Shown here: in pieces, positions 1-12,971 of the stretch
Layout of the letters: each line of letters starts with the position of its first letter
Numbering within the stretch: the first letter of the stretch is position 1
Assembly (NCBI GenBank): GCA_958009085.1
Contig: OY253670.1
Span: forward strand, 620,001-684,000
Source: Protoeuglena noctilucae
Lineage: Eukaryota
Reading direction: 5' to 3'
Length of the DNA stretch: 64,000 bases
The notes under the pieces: generated by a model
What the model was told of the DNA's origin: nothing
The model's input: only the letters and a program-made list of their open reading frames with translations
The model's database searches: none
Position numbers and translations under genes: made by a program

Positions 1-272
1 CGCCTCTTCCCATCGCGTGCGCCCTGAGGAGAAACGCGATGCCTCGCTTGCGATGCCGGCATGCGCAGCGTGACCGGTAGAAACCAGGATATCGACCGCG
101 GCGACGCCTGAGACCCGCGGGCCCCTCCGCCCCCAGGACCCATTCTTGCCCTCGCACGCCGCTCTCTGCCCGCCGCGGCACTGCTTCTCACCGGCGCCGT
201 CTCCGCGTTCCTCATCGACAGCATCCTCCTCGCGTTGACGGCGCGCCTTGAGAAGCGGAAGGCGAGTCGCCG

Positions 273-3200
273 ATGGGCAGAGATTTGGGTGATTTCCTGC
301 TCGTGGCCCTCCCTGCGCACCCCGCCCGGCCCGCCCCGCCCCCGCAGGACTCCGCGTTGCCCGCCGAGTGGGCCATGGCAATCCCCAGCGTTCTGGCCTT
401 CGCCCCACTCATCCTCGCGGCCGTCCCCGGCCCGGCCACGGGTGCCCTCGCCACGGGCGCCACATGGCACGTCGACTCTGGCGGCTACCCTCGGCTGCAC
501 GTCCTCGAATTCCTTATCGCCATCGTGCCCTCCGCCGTGCTCATGAAGTCTGCCTCGCTGGCGTACCGCCTCCACGTCTCCATCCCCGACCTCCTCGGCA
601 CGTGCAAGTGCCGGCTCGCGAGGCGAGTCATCTACCTCACGACGGCCGCCGTCGCCTCCCTCATTTTCGCCCTCATCCTCTGCTACGAGGCCATCCGCCT
701 CTCTCGCGCCCTGAGCGCCTCGACCGTCCAGGACATGCTCACCGCCCTCGAGGTCGCCTATCAAGCAGACCGCAGCGCAATGGTGTCCTTGGACGGTAGC
801 GGCGCCCGGTCCGCCCTCGACGCGCTCAGCGCGTACGTCAAGTCGCAGACCGACGTCTGCGTGCGGGCCGTCCGCCTGGGCTCGGCGCCCGTGGCCGTCA
901 GCTGCGGGGGGACCCGCCCCGGCCCCGCATGGGACGTGGTGGTGCAGGAGACCCTGCCCTCGGGCGACGTGTTCGCCGTCACGCTGGACCACACAGGCGA
1001 GTCGCGCCGGCTCGCAGCGACGCCGGGATTTCGCGGGCACGTCGCATGACGCATCCGGGTCCCCACCCGCTGCCTACCGTGAGCGGCATGCGTCTTACAT
1101 GAGAGTTCCTCCCGTCCGCAGACTGGCGCCGGGATCTGCTCCTGAAGCGCACCCCGATCGCCGCCGGCGTCCAGGTGGCCGTGCTTCTCGTGGGCGCGGC
1201 TCTGATCCTGGCACCCATGGCCGCCTTCGGGGTCGTGCGCCCCCTCGAGTCGCTTTTCCGACAGGTCCTCGAGTGCGCGAGGTACTTGGACCACAACGGC
1301 CTCCTGCCCCCGCCGGGGCCCCTACCCCGGCAGCTGCACCGCGGGAGGTCGTCGACCGACCAGCGCCACCGGGAGGGCCGCCTGCCTGGGGTTGTGCGTG
1401 GGGCGTCATCCAAGGGCCTTGCCGGGCTTTCTTCTCCCACCGAAGGCCTCTTCCACGCCCCGCAAGATGGGCGCCTCCCGCGCGACTCGTCGGGCGGCAG
1501 GGGCTGCGTGGAGGGCGAGGAGCTGACGATCGAAGAAGCCATGTCACGCGTGGCGCACATGACGCAGCGCCTCATCCAGGCGCACGTCCTCGACTCCAAC
1601 GCCCTCGTGCACCGTCTCATGAACCAGATCTACGGGCACGACCCCCTGGCGTGCAGGTGCCGGGTCCTCCAGGCTGCCAATCGCTGCTCTTTCTGCAGCT
1701 CTGTCGCCATCGGAGCGACTCCTCACACCTTCAAGCCCCGCCCCCGCAGTTCGGTGGTCAACAACATCATCCAGCTGTACATCAGCCCCGCCCGAGGGAA
1801 CAAGGAGTCGTCGTACATCGCCGTCTCCTCGAGATCACGCGCCAAGGTGATGGCCGCAAAAAGGCTTCCTCTGAGCCACGTTCAATCCTTTACTGGATGG
1901 CGCGGCTGCGTGTACCATGCTGCCAGCATGAAGTCGGCGCTGCATGTGTAAGAAGACCAGGAAGCTTGCGTGGCGAGGGGCAATGTCTCTGCAAAGCTCA
2001 AAAGGGCTACGATCGTGCCAGAAGCGTGCGCAACGCTGCGCCACCCGCGGACTGTGCGTGCGTGCTTTCAACCCCCGCAGAAGGATGGTCGGAGCGACGG
2101 CGGCAGTGCGGTGCCCCCTTGGCGGGAGCTGCCGCCGAGCGGGGACGCGAGGGCAGAGCAGTTGGTGGACATGGTCGGGATGGGCACCATGGACTGGGAC
2201 GCGCTGCAAGGTGAGAGGGCCGCTTTGGTTGAGACGGGTAACTCTGTTTTGATGGACCGATGCTACGAATGGTCACTCTCACTCTCTTGGCCACCCATGA
2301 TGCCATTGTGTCGGTCCCACTTCCCCTCCCATTGCCCCCTCCCACTGCCCCTCCCGTCACTGGCCCCTCCCACTGCCCCACCCTCAGCGCCCTTCCCACT
2401 GCCCCTCCTCCCATTCCCCCCTCCCACTGCCCCTCCTCCCATTCCCCCCTCCCGCCGCCCCTCCCCGCAGTGCCCCCCGAGTCGCTGCCAGACTACGTCC
2501 TGGCCATGTGCTCGAGCCTGGGCCTGACGCGGGAGAGCTTCTACGACGGCGTGGTCGTCGAGTCGTTCGTCTCCGAGATCCTCTTCCGATACCGCGACCA
2601 CCCGTACCACAACAAGTACCACGGCCTTGACGTAGCGCACACCATGTTCGCCATGCTGCGGCACAGCCCGGAGCTCGGCGACCTCCCCAAGCTGGACAAG
2701 TTCATGCTGATCATGGCGGCCGTCGCGCACGACGTGAACCACATGGGTGTGAGCAACCAGTTCCTCATCGACTCGAGGGACCATTTGGCTGTCGTGTACA
2801 TTGACATCGCACCCCAGGAGGCCATGCACGCCAGCGTCATGTTCCAGGTCACGCAGGAGATCCCCGGCTGCAACATCTTCGCGCGCATGAGCCCCTCGAC
2901 GGTGAGGGGCCACTTCTGAGGGTCGCTGCCCCGGCTCTGCGTCGCCTTGCTGGCCTTTCGCTCTTGGCCATGTCTCGACACCGCCACCCACCTCTTTCCC
3001 GACGCCACCCGCCCCCCGCGCCTCCCCCGCAGTTCCGCTGGGCGCGCAAGATGGCCGTCTCGGTCATCCTCCACACCGACATGGCGCAGCACTTTGCCCT
3101 GAGCTCCCAGCTCGAGATCCTCCTGACCAAGGCCCAGGGTCACCCCGACGAGGGCCCCAGCTCCTGGATTGACGAGAAGGAGCGCCTGACGCTCTACGGC

Positions 3201-4643
3201 ATCCTCCTGCACCTCGCCGACATCTCCTCCTCCCTCAAGGCGCCCCACCTGGCCGCGGCCTGGGGCGAGCGCATCATGGCCGAGTTCCTGGCCCAGGGAG
3301 ACCGGGAGAAGGCCATGGGGCGGCTCCCGAACGTCATGATGGACCGGGACTCGGCCACCATCGGCAACACGCAGCTGGGCTTCCTGGAGGTCCTCCTCAT
3401 GCCCCTCACCCTGCGCGTGTGCGACCTCCTCCCCTCCCTGCGCGCCCCCCTCCTCACCCACGCCCCCGCCACCCTCTCCATGTGGGGCGACCGCGCGCTG
3501 GCCGAGTCGGTGGCGGCCGCCGACCGTGCGCAGGTCCGCAAGCGTGTGGGTGACATGCTGGTGCGCGTGCAGGGGGCGCTCGACACCGCCCTCGAGCCCC
3601 CGACGCTGCGGCAGCCGGTGGCGGTGCCGCTGGTGGACATCCACCCCCGGGCGTCCTTCCACGGCCAGAGCCGTGGCACCCCACCGCCGCGAGGGTCCAA
3701 CCGGGGCGACAGCACGGGGGCCCCCGCGGGCAGCATGCGCGACTCCGGCGGGCACTTGCTCGGGGCGAGGCCCAACCACCGCACGCGGTCGGGGCCGCCG
3801 GACGACGTCCCGTCTGCGTGGCCGGGCGACGGCGGGGAGGCGCGCGTCGGCAGCGCCATGAGCAGCATGGACGACGTGGAGGAAGGTGAGCCAGGCGGGC
3901 CTGGGCATATGTGCACGGCAAAACGGGCAGCGGGCGCTTGCAGCTGGGCTGCCCTGCCCTTTGGCCTTACGCGTGCGCTCTGTGGATGCGCCGCGCTCTT
4001 TGCATGGATGGCGCTCCGTAAACGAGCGGTGCTCTGCAACGATGACCGGCGTGTCGTTTCCTGCGTCTCCAGGTGTCTTTCAAGGCCGGTGGAGGCCCCT
4101 GGCCGGCATCAACTTCTTCCGCCGCTCGCGCCGCGTGGGGCAGGACTCCAGCCCATCCCAGGGAGCCGAGCCGGCCACCAACCCGAACAGCACGCGCGGC
4201 TCTCGCGCATCGTCCCGCCTGCAGTCCAAGCACTCGTCTCGCCGCACCGTCTTCGCCTCTGCCCCCGACTCACGGCGCGGCCTGCACCTCTCGCCCTCGG
4301 TGAGTCCGCGCGACCCAGGCGATGTCGCTTGACCCGTTTACAATCATCATTATGTCTGTTGCTTGCCCCATGCACACGCATCACATCGCTGGACCCAGCA
4401 CAGTGCATGTCTGCGACACGAGCCCTCACCCGCGCTCCGGCCACGCAGCAAGTGGCGGCGGTTGAGTTGATCCGCGAGGACGCATCGGAGGGCAGCGGGG
4501 AGGGCAGGGGCAGCCCCAGCCCGCCCCACCGCACCAGCAACGCCGCAGACCCCAAGTCCCGCACCAGCGTCTCACGCCTCTCCGTCCCCTCCCGCCCCTC
4601 CCGGGCGGCAGAAGAGGACCTGCCCGGGCGCAGCCAGCGCTGA
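273..4643 (+). CDS. Membrane-anchored class I 3',5'-cyclic nucleotide phosphodiesterase (about 4 N-terminal TM segments, multi-exon)
   Basis: PDEase_I motifs PYHNKYHGLDV, AHDVNHMGVSNQFL (HDxxHxG...N), HLADIS, EFLAQGDRE, TQLGF. Phase-consistent introns at 997-1121 (GC-AG), 1847-2080, 2211-2470, 2902-3032, 3886-4072 and 4300-4448, plus a possible in-frame one at 1657-1698. Confidence 0.9.
2310..2462. repeat. C-rich degenerate minisatellite (CCCACTGCCCCT-like units) inside a PDE intron
   Basis: Repeated cccactgcccct/cccattcccc units visible directly. Confidence 0.8.
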
Positions 4644-5821
4644 TGCCTCCCACATAGTAGCCGAGGCAGCACTGTCGCCTCTCGCGCTGTGCGAGACCAG
4701 CGCTGGCGCTCCTCGGGTTTTTGATGAGGACGGCGCTGAGGTTTCCCGGTTTTTCGGATAGGGCGCGGGCGGGCCCATCATCGCCCTGCCCTCATCGCGA
4801 GATGGCGGCGTGATGCGGCTCGCGCCCGCGTACCCCTGCCTGACGTCATCTCCATTCAGCACCGCGTTTTCCCATACATGGCGACTGCGATAGAATGTCC
4901 GCAAGTTTCGGAGGCGCCTCCCGGCGCGCACGCTGCCCTTCCCCGCTGTGCCGCCAAGGCACGCAAGCTGTGCGGGGGATATCGCCTTTTTCCAGGACGG
5001 GCCCGGGACGCCCGTTCTCGCTGCACGAGTGTACAGGACGGACGTTCCGGGACCCGCGTCCCGTGCATGATCATGCATCTCTTGCTTGTGCCCGTTCCCC
5101 GCTTTTACGGGGAACTAGACTTGCCTCGGCTCCCGGCGGCCGCGCCCCAAAGCGCCCCGGGAGAGGTGAGTAGCGGAGTCTGCGGTTCTAGCCCGGACGC
5201 TCTCGCTGCAACGCATGCATTCCCAGTGCAGCTGGCGCCGCGCTCTTTCCGCCCGGCGCCTGCCCGCACGTCCACGCTTCGGCGCTGCCTGGGTGGCGAT
5301 GCAGCTTCTCCCTCTGCCTGCGCAACCTGTGACGCTAGTGCTGCCCTGTTGCTGTTGCATGCCCCGCCGACCACCGACCCCAGTCACACCATTCCCCGCC
5401 CAGGCCGCTTGGAGGCACGGTGTCTCGTTTGTATTAGCAGCGCCCCCTCATTCCATTCCAGATCACGTTCCTCTGTGTCTCTAGGTTCTCCCCCGTGCCT
5501 GGGCCGCAAGCCCATGGCTTCCCTCTGGGATAGAATCCCGTCTGCCATGCAACGCACCGTCGCCTGCCACAGCGGCCTGACTGCTCAGTGGCCAAATCAT
5601 CAGTTGAATGCGCCGCGCGCCAAACCCCTAGCGGTCCCCACCTAGCGGCCCTCTCGGCTGTTACTCAACCTGCCGACCCTTAAGTCCAACTTAAGGAAAA
5701 GAGACCATGGACAGAGAAGCAATGTCCCAGAGACTGGTGACCTGGCCAACCCATGACAGCTGTGACCATGAGCAGTGCTGCGAGGCTCCCCTGCCGCTCA
5801 CGCAGCCCTCGGCGCGTCAGC

Positions 5822-8800
5822 TCAACGGCCTGGCGGCGGTCGGTTCGATCCCTGCCCCGCGCCCTGCGCGACGCCCGACCCATTGCCGCCCGAAAAGGCC
5901 ACCGGGTGTGGCCCCGCCCCCACCGGCCCCATCCCGACGCCGTCCGCCCGGGGCAGCATCCCCATCGCACCCCAGGCGCCGGACCCCATCCCAGCAGCCG
6001 CCGCCAGCCCGGGTATGACCACCTTGGGAAGCTGAGGAAGGCCCGCCATCGTCGGCATGGTCGGCATGGCCGCGCTCGCACCCCAGGGCGCCGGTGCGCC
6101 TACGGCACTCGCAAAGCCCCCGTGGCCACCCGCCCCAGCCATGGACGCAGACCCCATGGGATGGCCACCCCAGCCGTTGGCGGGGATGCCAGGCAGGGGT
6201 AGGTTGGTGCCCCCCATTCCACCCATAGGACCACTCCTAGGGAAAGGGGGCAGGTTGAGGCCATGGAGGCTCTCAATGGGCGGTAGCGGAGGCAGAGGGG
6301 GCAGAGACGATATTGGGGGGAGGGATAGCGGCATCGAGCCACCCCACGCGCCCATGGCCCCGCCAGCACCCGACAACGCTGGCAGCCCTGGGTTGGACCA
6401 CGCCGCCGCAAACCCGGGCGTCCCTTGCGCCCCCGCTTGGCCTCTCCCCCGCCCCCGCCCCCGCCCCCGCCCCCGACCCCGGCCCCTGGCGCTCGCACCC
6501 GCCTGAGGCGACTCTTCTGCAACCAAACAGACACGACAAGCGATAAACGCTTCACCCACGTGCAGCCTGGCACGGGACGTCAGATGCCCACCACCCAGCG
6601 GTGTGCACTCGTGCAGACAGCAAGCCCCCACGCACCTCGGGCAGGCGACAGCTCCATGCCCATGTCCATGTCGTCGCTCCCATCGCTGTCGTCCTCCTCG
6701 TCGCCTCTTCGACCCCGCCCCCGCCCCCGCCCTCTCGCCCGCCCTCGCCCGCGCCCACGGCCCCGGCCTTTCCACGCCACCATCTCCGAGGGGCCGGCCG
6801 CACCGCCCCGCGCCCCTCCCAACCCCACCGCTGCCCCGTCATCCAACAACCCCTCGTCAGCCACCTCCGCTTCCACCTTCACCCTCGGGGGCACGCGGAT
6901 GCCCAGGCTCTCGGGCCCCACAGGGGCAGCCCCGTCCTCATCGGGCCTGGGCTCAAAAGGACCCAGAGGCCCCGCCCCCGGCGCAACCCGCAGCCCCAGC
7001 GGAGCGAGCACTGCGTCGGCCCGTGCCGACAGCACGCGCGCGCGTCTCTCGGGGTCCATGCCCGCGAGCTCCCAGGGGTCCAAGCGCTCCCACGGCCGCT
7101 CGATGGGCTGCACGGGGCGGTCGCCGTGGCGCGCGCGGATCTCCTTGAGTGCCGCGACGTCTTTGTAGAAGAGACCCGTGCGGGGGTCACGGTAGCGCGC
7201 AGGCTCCCCCGTGATGGCGCACCTGGGGTGGGGTCAGGGTGAAGAGGGCGGTGACAGGCTAGGAAAGACAGGCGGGGGCGCAGGCAGGCATGGAGGCACA
7301 AACGCGAGCATGGAGGCGTGGGTGTAGGCGTGGAGGTGTGAGTAGGGGTAGGCAACGGGGGGCAGGGGAGGGAGTGGGGCATGGGGCATCACGCACCTGG
7401 CCGGGTCGGGGGGCTTGGCGGCCACACGTCTCATGAAGCGCGGGTGGTGCGCCACGCCCTCTCCCATCCGCACCGCACAGTAGACCGTGCGAGACTGACC
7501 CTGGTCGTCCCGGTAGTGAACCACGCGCACCGCCGAGCCCGTGTGCTTGTGCGCGTCCTGCAACGCCCTTTTCTTTGTCTCTTCCTCCCGCACCATCAGC
7601 TCCTGCGTCAAAACGGCCAAAGAACATCTTGTTTGTCATCGTCCAATGAAGGCGCGTACGGGTGCACTGCTGCTGAGGATCACCGGCAACCAGCGACACG
7701 CGGCCCAGGTTGCAAGCAATAGTGTGTTGTGCAGGGGTGACACACTGTGTATCCCCATGCGTGCCCTGGCCCACGCCGCTCTCACCTGCAAGTCGATCGC
7801 GTTGGCGGTCTCCGTCTGCACCAGCTCATCCATCATGGCCTCCGTTGTCAGCTCTGGCCCTTCTGCGCGAGGCACGGCCGCACGCCGCGCGGCCGCCTGC
7901 GCCGCGCGCTTGCTCTCCTCGTCCCGGCGGTCCTTGGCCGTCTCTGATGCCTTCAGCGTCGTCTTGCGCAGCGAGGGGCGCTCCGGCACAAAGTCCGCCG
8001 CCGTCACGACCCCCATGCCGCGCGACGACTGCGGGCGCCGCGACGCCCACCACCTCAGCCGCTGCGCTGCGGCCGCCGCTCCGCTCGCCGCACCCGCTTC
8101 CGCGACGCGCTACCCTCCACCCGCATGCCACCCACCTGCCCGTCCGTGGCCTCGTCGTTCGCCCCCTCGTCTCCCGACGTCGCCTTCTCTGCCGCACGCG
8201 CCCTCTTGATCTCCCGCAGGTGCCTGTACTTCTTCATCCCCTCCGGGCCCTTCTTCTTCTTCTTCCCCAGCCGCGGCTTGCGGCGGTCATCCGGCTCCTC
8301 CTCGGACGACTCCTCGCTCTGCGGCACAAAGCACGGAACGCCCATCAGAGCACAATCCGTCAAAAAGCTGCGGGTCACGGCCCCGGACGCGTCACCCCGC
8401 ATCCGGCTTCCTGCATGTCAGCGGAGTCTGCAAGCACAGGCGTGTCGCATTACGATCCCTGCGCTCCCGCCGCCGCACCTCGCTCTCCCAGAAGTCGGCG
8501 TCGACCCGGTAGTCCCTCTTGGCCGCCCGGGCCTCCTCCGCATCCATCTCGTAATCCTCTTCCGCTTCCTCCTCCTCCGCGAAGAACTCCTGCCCCCAGA
8601 ACTCGTCATCGCCCTCCTCAGCCACCACCTTCCCCGCCCGGTTGCCCCGCGTCTGCCGTTTCAAACGCTCGGTCCAGTCCACCTTCTCCTCCTCGCCCTC
8701 TTCGCCGCTTCCCTCCTCCCCGCTCCCCTCCTCGCTCCCCTCCTGGCCGCTGCCCTCCTCGTCGCCCGTGCTGGTGTCAGACGTGTCCTGCGAGCCGGGG

Positions 8801-9485
8801 GAAGGGCCTCCATCGGGCGCACAGGCGGAAATCCGATGGGCTGCCGCGTCAGCCGCCGGCTTTGGTGCACCCGGCGGGACACAAATGTGCTGTGCCTCTG
8901 CTCAGCCCACACCTCCCCGCCCTCGGACGCCGCCGTGTCATCCTCCCCGTCCTCTTCGTCATTATCGGGTTCGACGGTGTCATGGGGGTCGTCCTCAGCC
9001 CTGGGTGTGAGAGCAGAGGTCGCGATCGGGCAGGGGCGCAGGGTGGCGCGCACAGAGAGCGCAGGCAGCGGCGCTCCCTATGCAGAAAAGGCCCCCGCAG
9101 CCCGACGCTCGCAGCCGCAAGAATGGAAAGAGGTAGGCATTGCATCGGCGAACGCTACACATGCGCGGGGCACCCGCCGGGCCCGCACGCCCGTCGGGGA
9201 AGTGGGAGCAGCACATGACGAGCCCGTCCTCTCAGGATCGGGAGGTACAGCGCGGCGCCACAAAATCGCAGACGACTTGGTAACGGAACCTCACGTAGAC
9301 GGCAGCGCGGGGGCCACAGCGGCTACATCGCGGCGCGCGACCCCCTGAACAACGCATGCAGGGGCTGGGTCTTTCCCACCGATTCCGCGACGTGGGGCAC
9401 GTGAATTCGCGACAGGTCGTTCGGAAAGACGAATGCCATTCACGCCATGCCAAAAGAGCGGCAGGCGCGTCGCCATGGCCCGCAT
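5822..9485 (-). CDS. VPS72: SWR1-complex subunit SWC2/Vps72/YL1 (H2A.Z chaperone) with a long RG-repeat and Gly/Pro/Met-rich tail; 5' end uncertain
   Basis: YL1 N-domain-like RQTRGNRAGKVV...EFWGQEFFAEEE...VDADFWESE and YL1_C motif CAITGEPARYRDPRTGLFYKDVAALKEIR (about 7120-7222), joined by GT-AG introns. Exons are confident from 9000 down to 5822. Confidence 0.85.
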
Positions 9486-9923
9486 GGCGCGACCCCCGTG
9501 GCAGGAGGCGTGCAGGGGCAACCACGGCTCCCTGGGACGCCCCGATAGCCCGGCCCCATCGCGCAGCGACTGTCAAGACTCACTCGCTTCTCCATTTGCC
9601 CGCCATCGTGCCTCAGAGATGCGCGGCAGGCAGCCAGGGTCTCTCAGCAGGGCTGGCGAACCCCCCGCAGCGGCATGGACGGGGCGCCTACTCCACGCGA
9701 TCAATGTAATCGAACGAGTCAGCGGGCCAAGCGCAAGACCGCACCGGCGTCAAAACGGGCGAGGGAGCTTCCGTGAGCTGCACAGTCAAGCTCTTCACGA
9801 GCATTCAATCATACTGCATAGCAACAGCGTGCTCCATCGCGCATCCCTCCTCCGGCTGCCTTAGTTCCCGCACGCAACACACCGTCGCTGGCACGTAAGC
9901 CCGGCGAGCGCGTCCGCGCCTGA

Positions 9924-12878
9924 ATGCAGGCCAGCATGGCCTGGAGGGCGCAGTTGCAGGCTCGAAGCACGCGGCGAGGCATTGGCGGAGACGGAATACG
10001 GGGGGCGTGCCAAGAATTGCACCGAGGCGTGAAGCCTAGGCCGCCGATGTGCTCGAGTCGGCGGCGTCCTGTTCATGACAGGGAGCAGAGGCCATGGAAA
10101 GGGCCAGCTGGGTCGCCAGCTGGCCCTCGGCATCGCCCTCACAGCCGGACTAGGTGACGGGAGCGCTCTCGGATGCAGGGGCACGAGAGCGCCCTGAATG
10201 CGACGATCAGCTTGGCCGGTGGATGCTTCTCTCTCTAAAAAATCCGCCGCGCAACGCTGCGCCAGCCCCCTCTCGGCCACAGGAGTCTCGGCAGCGGCGG
10301 CGACGGCGGGGTTCATATGGTTCCAGCAGTCCCAGCAGCCGGTGATTCTCGCCCTGGCAGCCTTCGGTATGCTCTCCGAAGAAGCAATCCGTTACATCGA
10401 AGTTTCCCTGAACAACCCGCGCGCCCGCAGTGTCCCGTAACCCTTGAGGAGCTGGCGTCGTATTTCGATGCTGAGGGGAGGATCCGGCGCTTTGATCAGC
10501 TTCTGGGCCGCGTCGCCGCTCATGGAATCGATGCTTCGTGCAGGGAGGTGCTCTGGCCTTTTCTGCTGGGCGTCTACGAGCCGCACCACACTCGAGCGGA
10601 GCGGGAGAGCATCATGGACGACCTCCGGTGCGTCTCCCGGCTGCGTCGTCGCGCCCCGCTCACTTGTTCACCGCCTTTCGGTGCCACGCTAGCCATTCGT
10701 GCCCCGCGAGCGTGACGAGCATCGCCCGGCGCGCGCAGGGAGCATTTCCGAGCACTCATGGTGCAAGCTCAGGCAACGGCGGCGGAGGCGGCACGGCTCG
10801 CGGATGCGGGGGACGAGGAAACGTCTCTGGAAGTGGCACAGTTCGAGGAGGCACAGGGCATCATCGTCTTGGACTCGCTACGGCAAGGGGCGGACCCGGC
10901 TGTTGGACAGCCGCGCGTGGCATGGCACAGCCGCAGGCTCTCATGCGCCGGCCCCGCTCGCTAGGCGCAGGCAGTACATGGGCGACTACAGGGGCGCGCA
11001 CACGGACCAAGTGCAGCTGGCGAGCACCCCCAGCGGGTCGGGGAACTTCGTGGCCGGCTTGTGCAGTGCGATTGGGCTGCCTGTGGCTCCGGAGTCGGCC
11101 CTGACTCCGCCCGGGCTGCAGCAGCCGGGGAGCCGGAGCCTGGACGCAGGCGAGGGATCATCAGGCGAGTCGGGACGGGACAGGCCTCTGCATTTCACGA
11201 GGCAAGTGCCCGAGAAGGCGCTGTGGCTTGCCACGGCAGACAGGCCGGTCGCTGCCGTGCTTCCAGGGAAGGAGCAAAGACCTGTCGCGGACGAGGACTC
11301 GTGGCTGAGCGCTGCGGCGCGGGAGGCGATCGACGGGGCAGAGCACCTCACTCCCATGGGGCGTGACGTGACGCGCCGTCTGGTGCGCCTCCTGACGGCG
11401 TACGCACTCAAGGACCCCGTCATCGGCTACTGCCAGGGCATGGCGGACCTCGCCCTCATCTTCGTGCTCCACTGCGTCGATGACGCCCTGGCATTCGAGC
11501 TGTTCCGGCGACTCATGGCCGTGGCACGGGACGGCTTCCGCATCGACGAGCACGGCTACATGAAGACGCTCCTGGCCATCTCAGGTGCGGCGCGATGCGG
11601 GCGCAGTCGCGCATAGCAACGTCAGGTGGCTCCTGGGGCCGTGGGTGTGCCCCTGGCCTTCACTGCGCCTGTCTTGTGCGATGTCACCACGCCCGCCCGG
11701 CCCGCAGGGTCACTGGAGGTGACGGACCCCGTTTTGTACCACAAGCTGTGTCAGGTCGGCTCGCGCGACTGCATGTTCGCCTTCCGACTGGCCATTCTCC
11801 TCCTGAGGCGTGAGCTCCCCACCCCGGATGTGGCGTCCCTTTGGGAGGTGGTCTGGGCCGAGGACCTGGCGGCGGCGCGGCGCGACAAGCGCGAGGTGCC
11901 GGGGGCGGCAGGGGCCGCGGCGGCGGCGGGGCCGGCGGCCGAGGCGACCCCCCGCAACGGGCGTGCGCAGTCGCCGCAGCTGGCCCACGCAACCTCCCGG
12001 GTTGCCGAGCTCACCTCGCGCGCCAGCCTGAGCAGCGCCATCCGGTCCGCGGCGGCGTCGGCGCGGCAGAGCATCGAGTTCAACCCGCGCACCCCCGCCA
12101 CGCTCCTGCGGCGCTCCCACCGCCCGGCACCGTGGGAGGCGGGAGAGTTTGCGTCGCAGCTCAGCGGCACGGCCGGGAGCGACTCGGTGGTCCGGCGGCT
12201 GGCGGGGGTGCCGCCCCGAGCGCCGACCGCGGGGGGGCGACAGGGGGCGGCGGGGGGGTACGGGTCCCCGACACCGCCCGAGCCTGGGGCGGCGGCCGGG
12301 GGCAGCCCGCCCCTGCGCCGCAGCCGGCCACCGAGCGTGGCGTCTTCGGTGGGCGGCTCGGACGTTCCCCGAGGGGTCGGGGAGGACGCGGGCGTGTCTC
12401 GGTCTCGGCCTGTGGAGCCTGCGGGGCCCGCGGGCGGGGCGGGCGGGGGCACTGCTGCCGCGGAGCGTGACCGTGAGGGCTTCGGCGGCGGAGAGGCACA
12501 GCCGTCTCACCGCTCCCAGATTTCCGCGGAAGGGCACGAGGATTGGGAGCTGGAGGCGGAACGGTACCTGATGTCGGGCAGCCTGATGCTGTTTGCGCTG
12601 GTGGCGGTGGTCCGCCAGAACCGGCGCAAGATCCTGGACGAGTGCCGCAGCGCCGACGACGTCAACCAGCTCTTTGCGACTTCGGGCGCCATCCGGCCAA
12701 CGGTGTGGCAAGTGGTGTCACAGGTGCGGGGAGGGCGCGGGTGGCCGAGGTGTGCCCTAGCAGATGGCACGCACCTGCCCCTGACGGGCTTCCTTCGCGC
12801 CCTTGCTCTCAGGCCAAGCAGCTGCGACAGCGATTCCTTCAGGAGACCCGGGCCTGGGATCGCCGGGAAACGAGCTAA
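9924..12878 (+). CDS. TBC-domain Rab GTPase-activating protein (GYP7/TBC1D15-like); start at 9924-10317 uncertain
   Basis: GIDASCREVLWPFLLG, R-finger IVLDSLR (across GC-AG intron 10883-10970), Q-finger YCQGMADL, LLLRREL...LWEVVW. Confidence 0.9.
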
Positions 12879-12971
12879 CCAATGGGGGCGCGGACTGCGG
12901 ACTAGTAGTACGGCGCCTGGAAAAAGGGGAAAAACTCTGCGCCGCTCTGTGCTGGGCGGACTTGGCTGTAG

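Noticed and set aside
273..1260. Possible rhodopsin-phosphodiesterase
   Set aside because: Only about 4 TM segments and no helix-7 retinal-Lys motif seen
5580..5610. Box C/D-like TGATGA...CTGA on the minus strand
   Set aside because: Boxes only about 10 nt apart; too short for a snoRNA
9861..10316. Minus-strand ORF whose ATG abuts the TBC in-frame ATG (CATATG)
   Set aside because: No homology; it overlaps a probable upstream TBC exon/intron; likely coincidence
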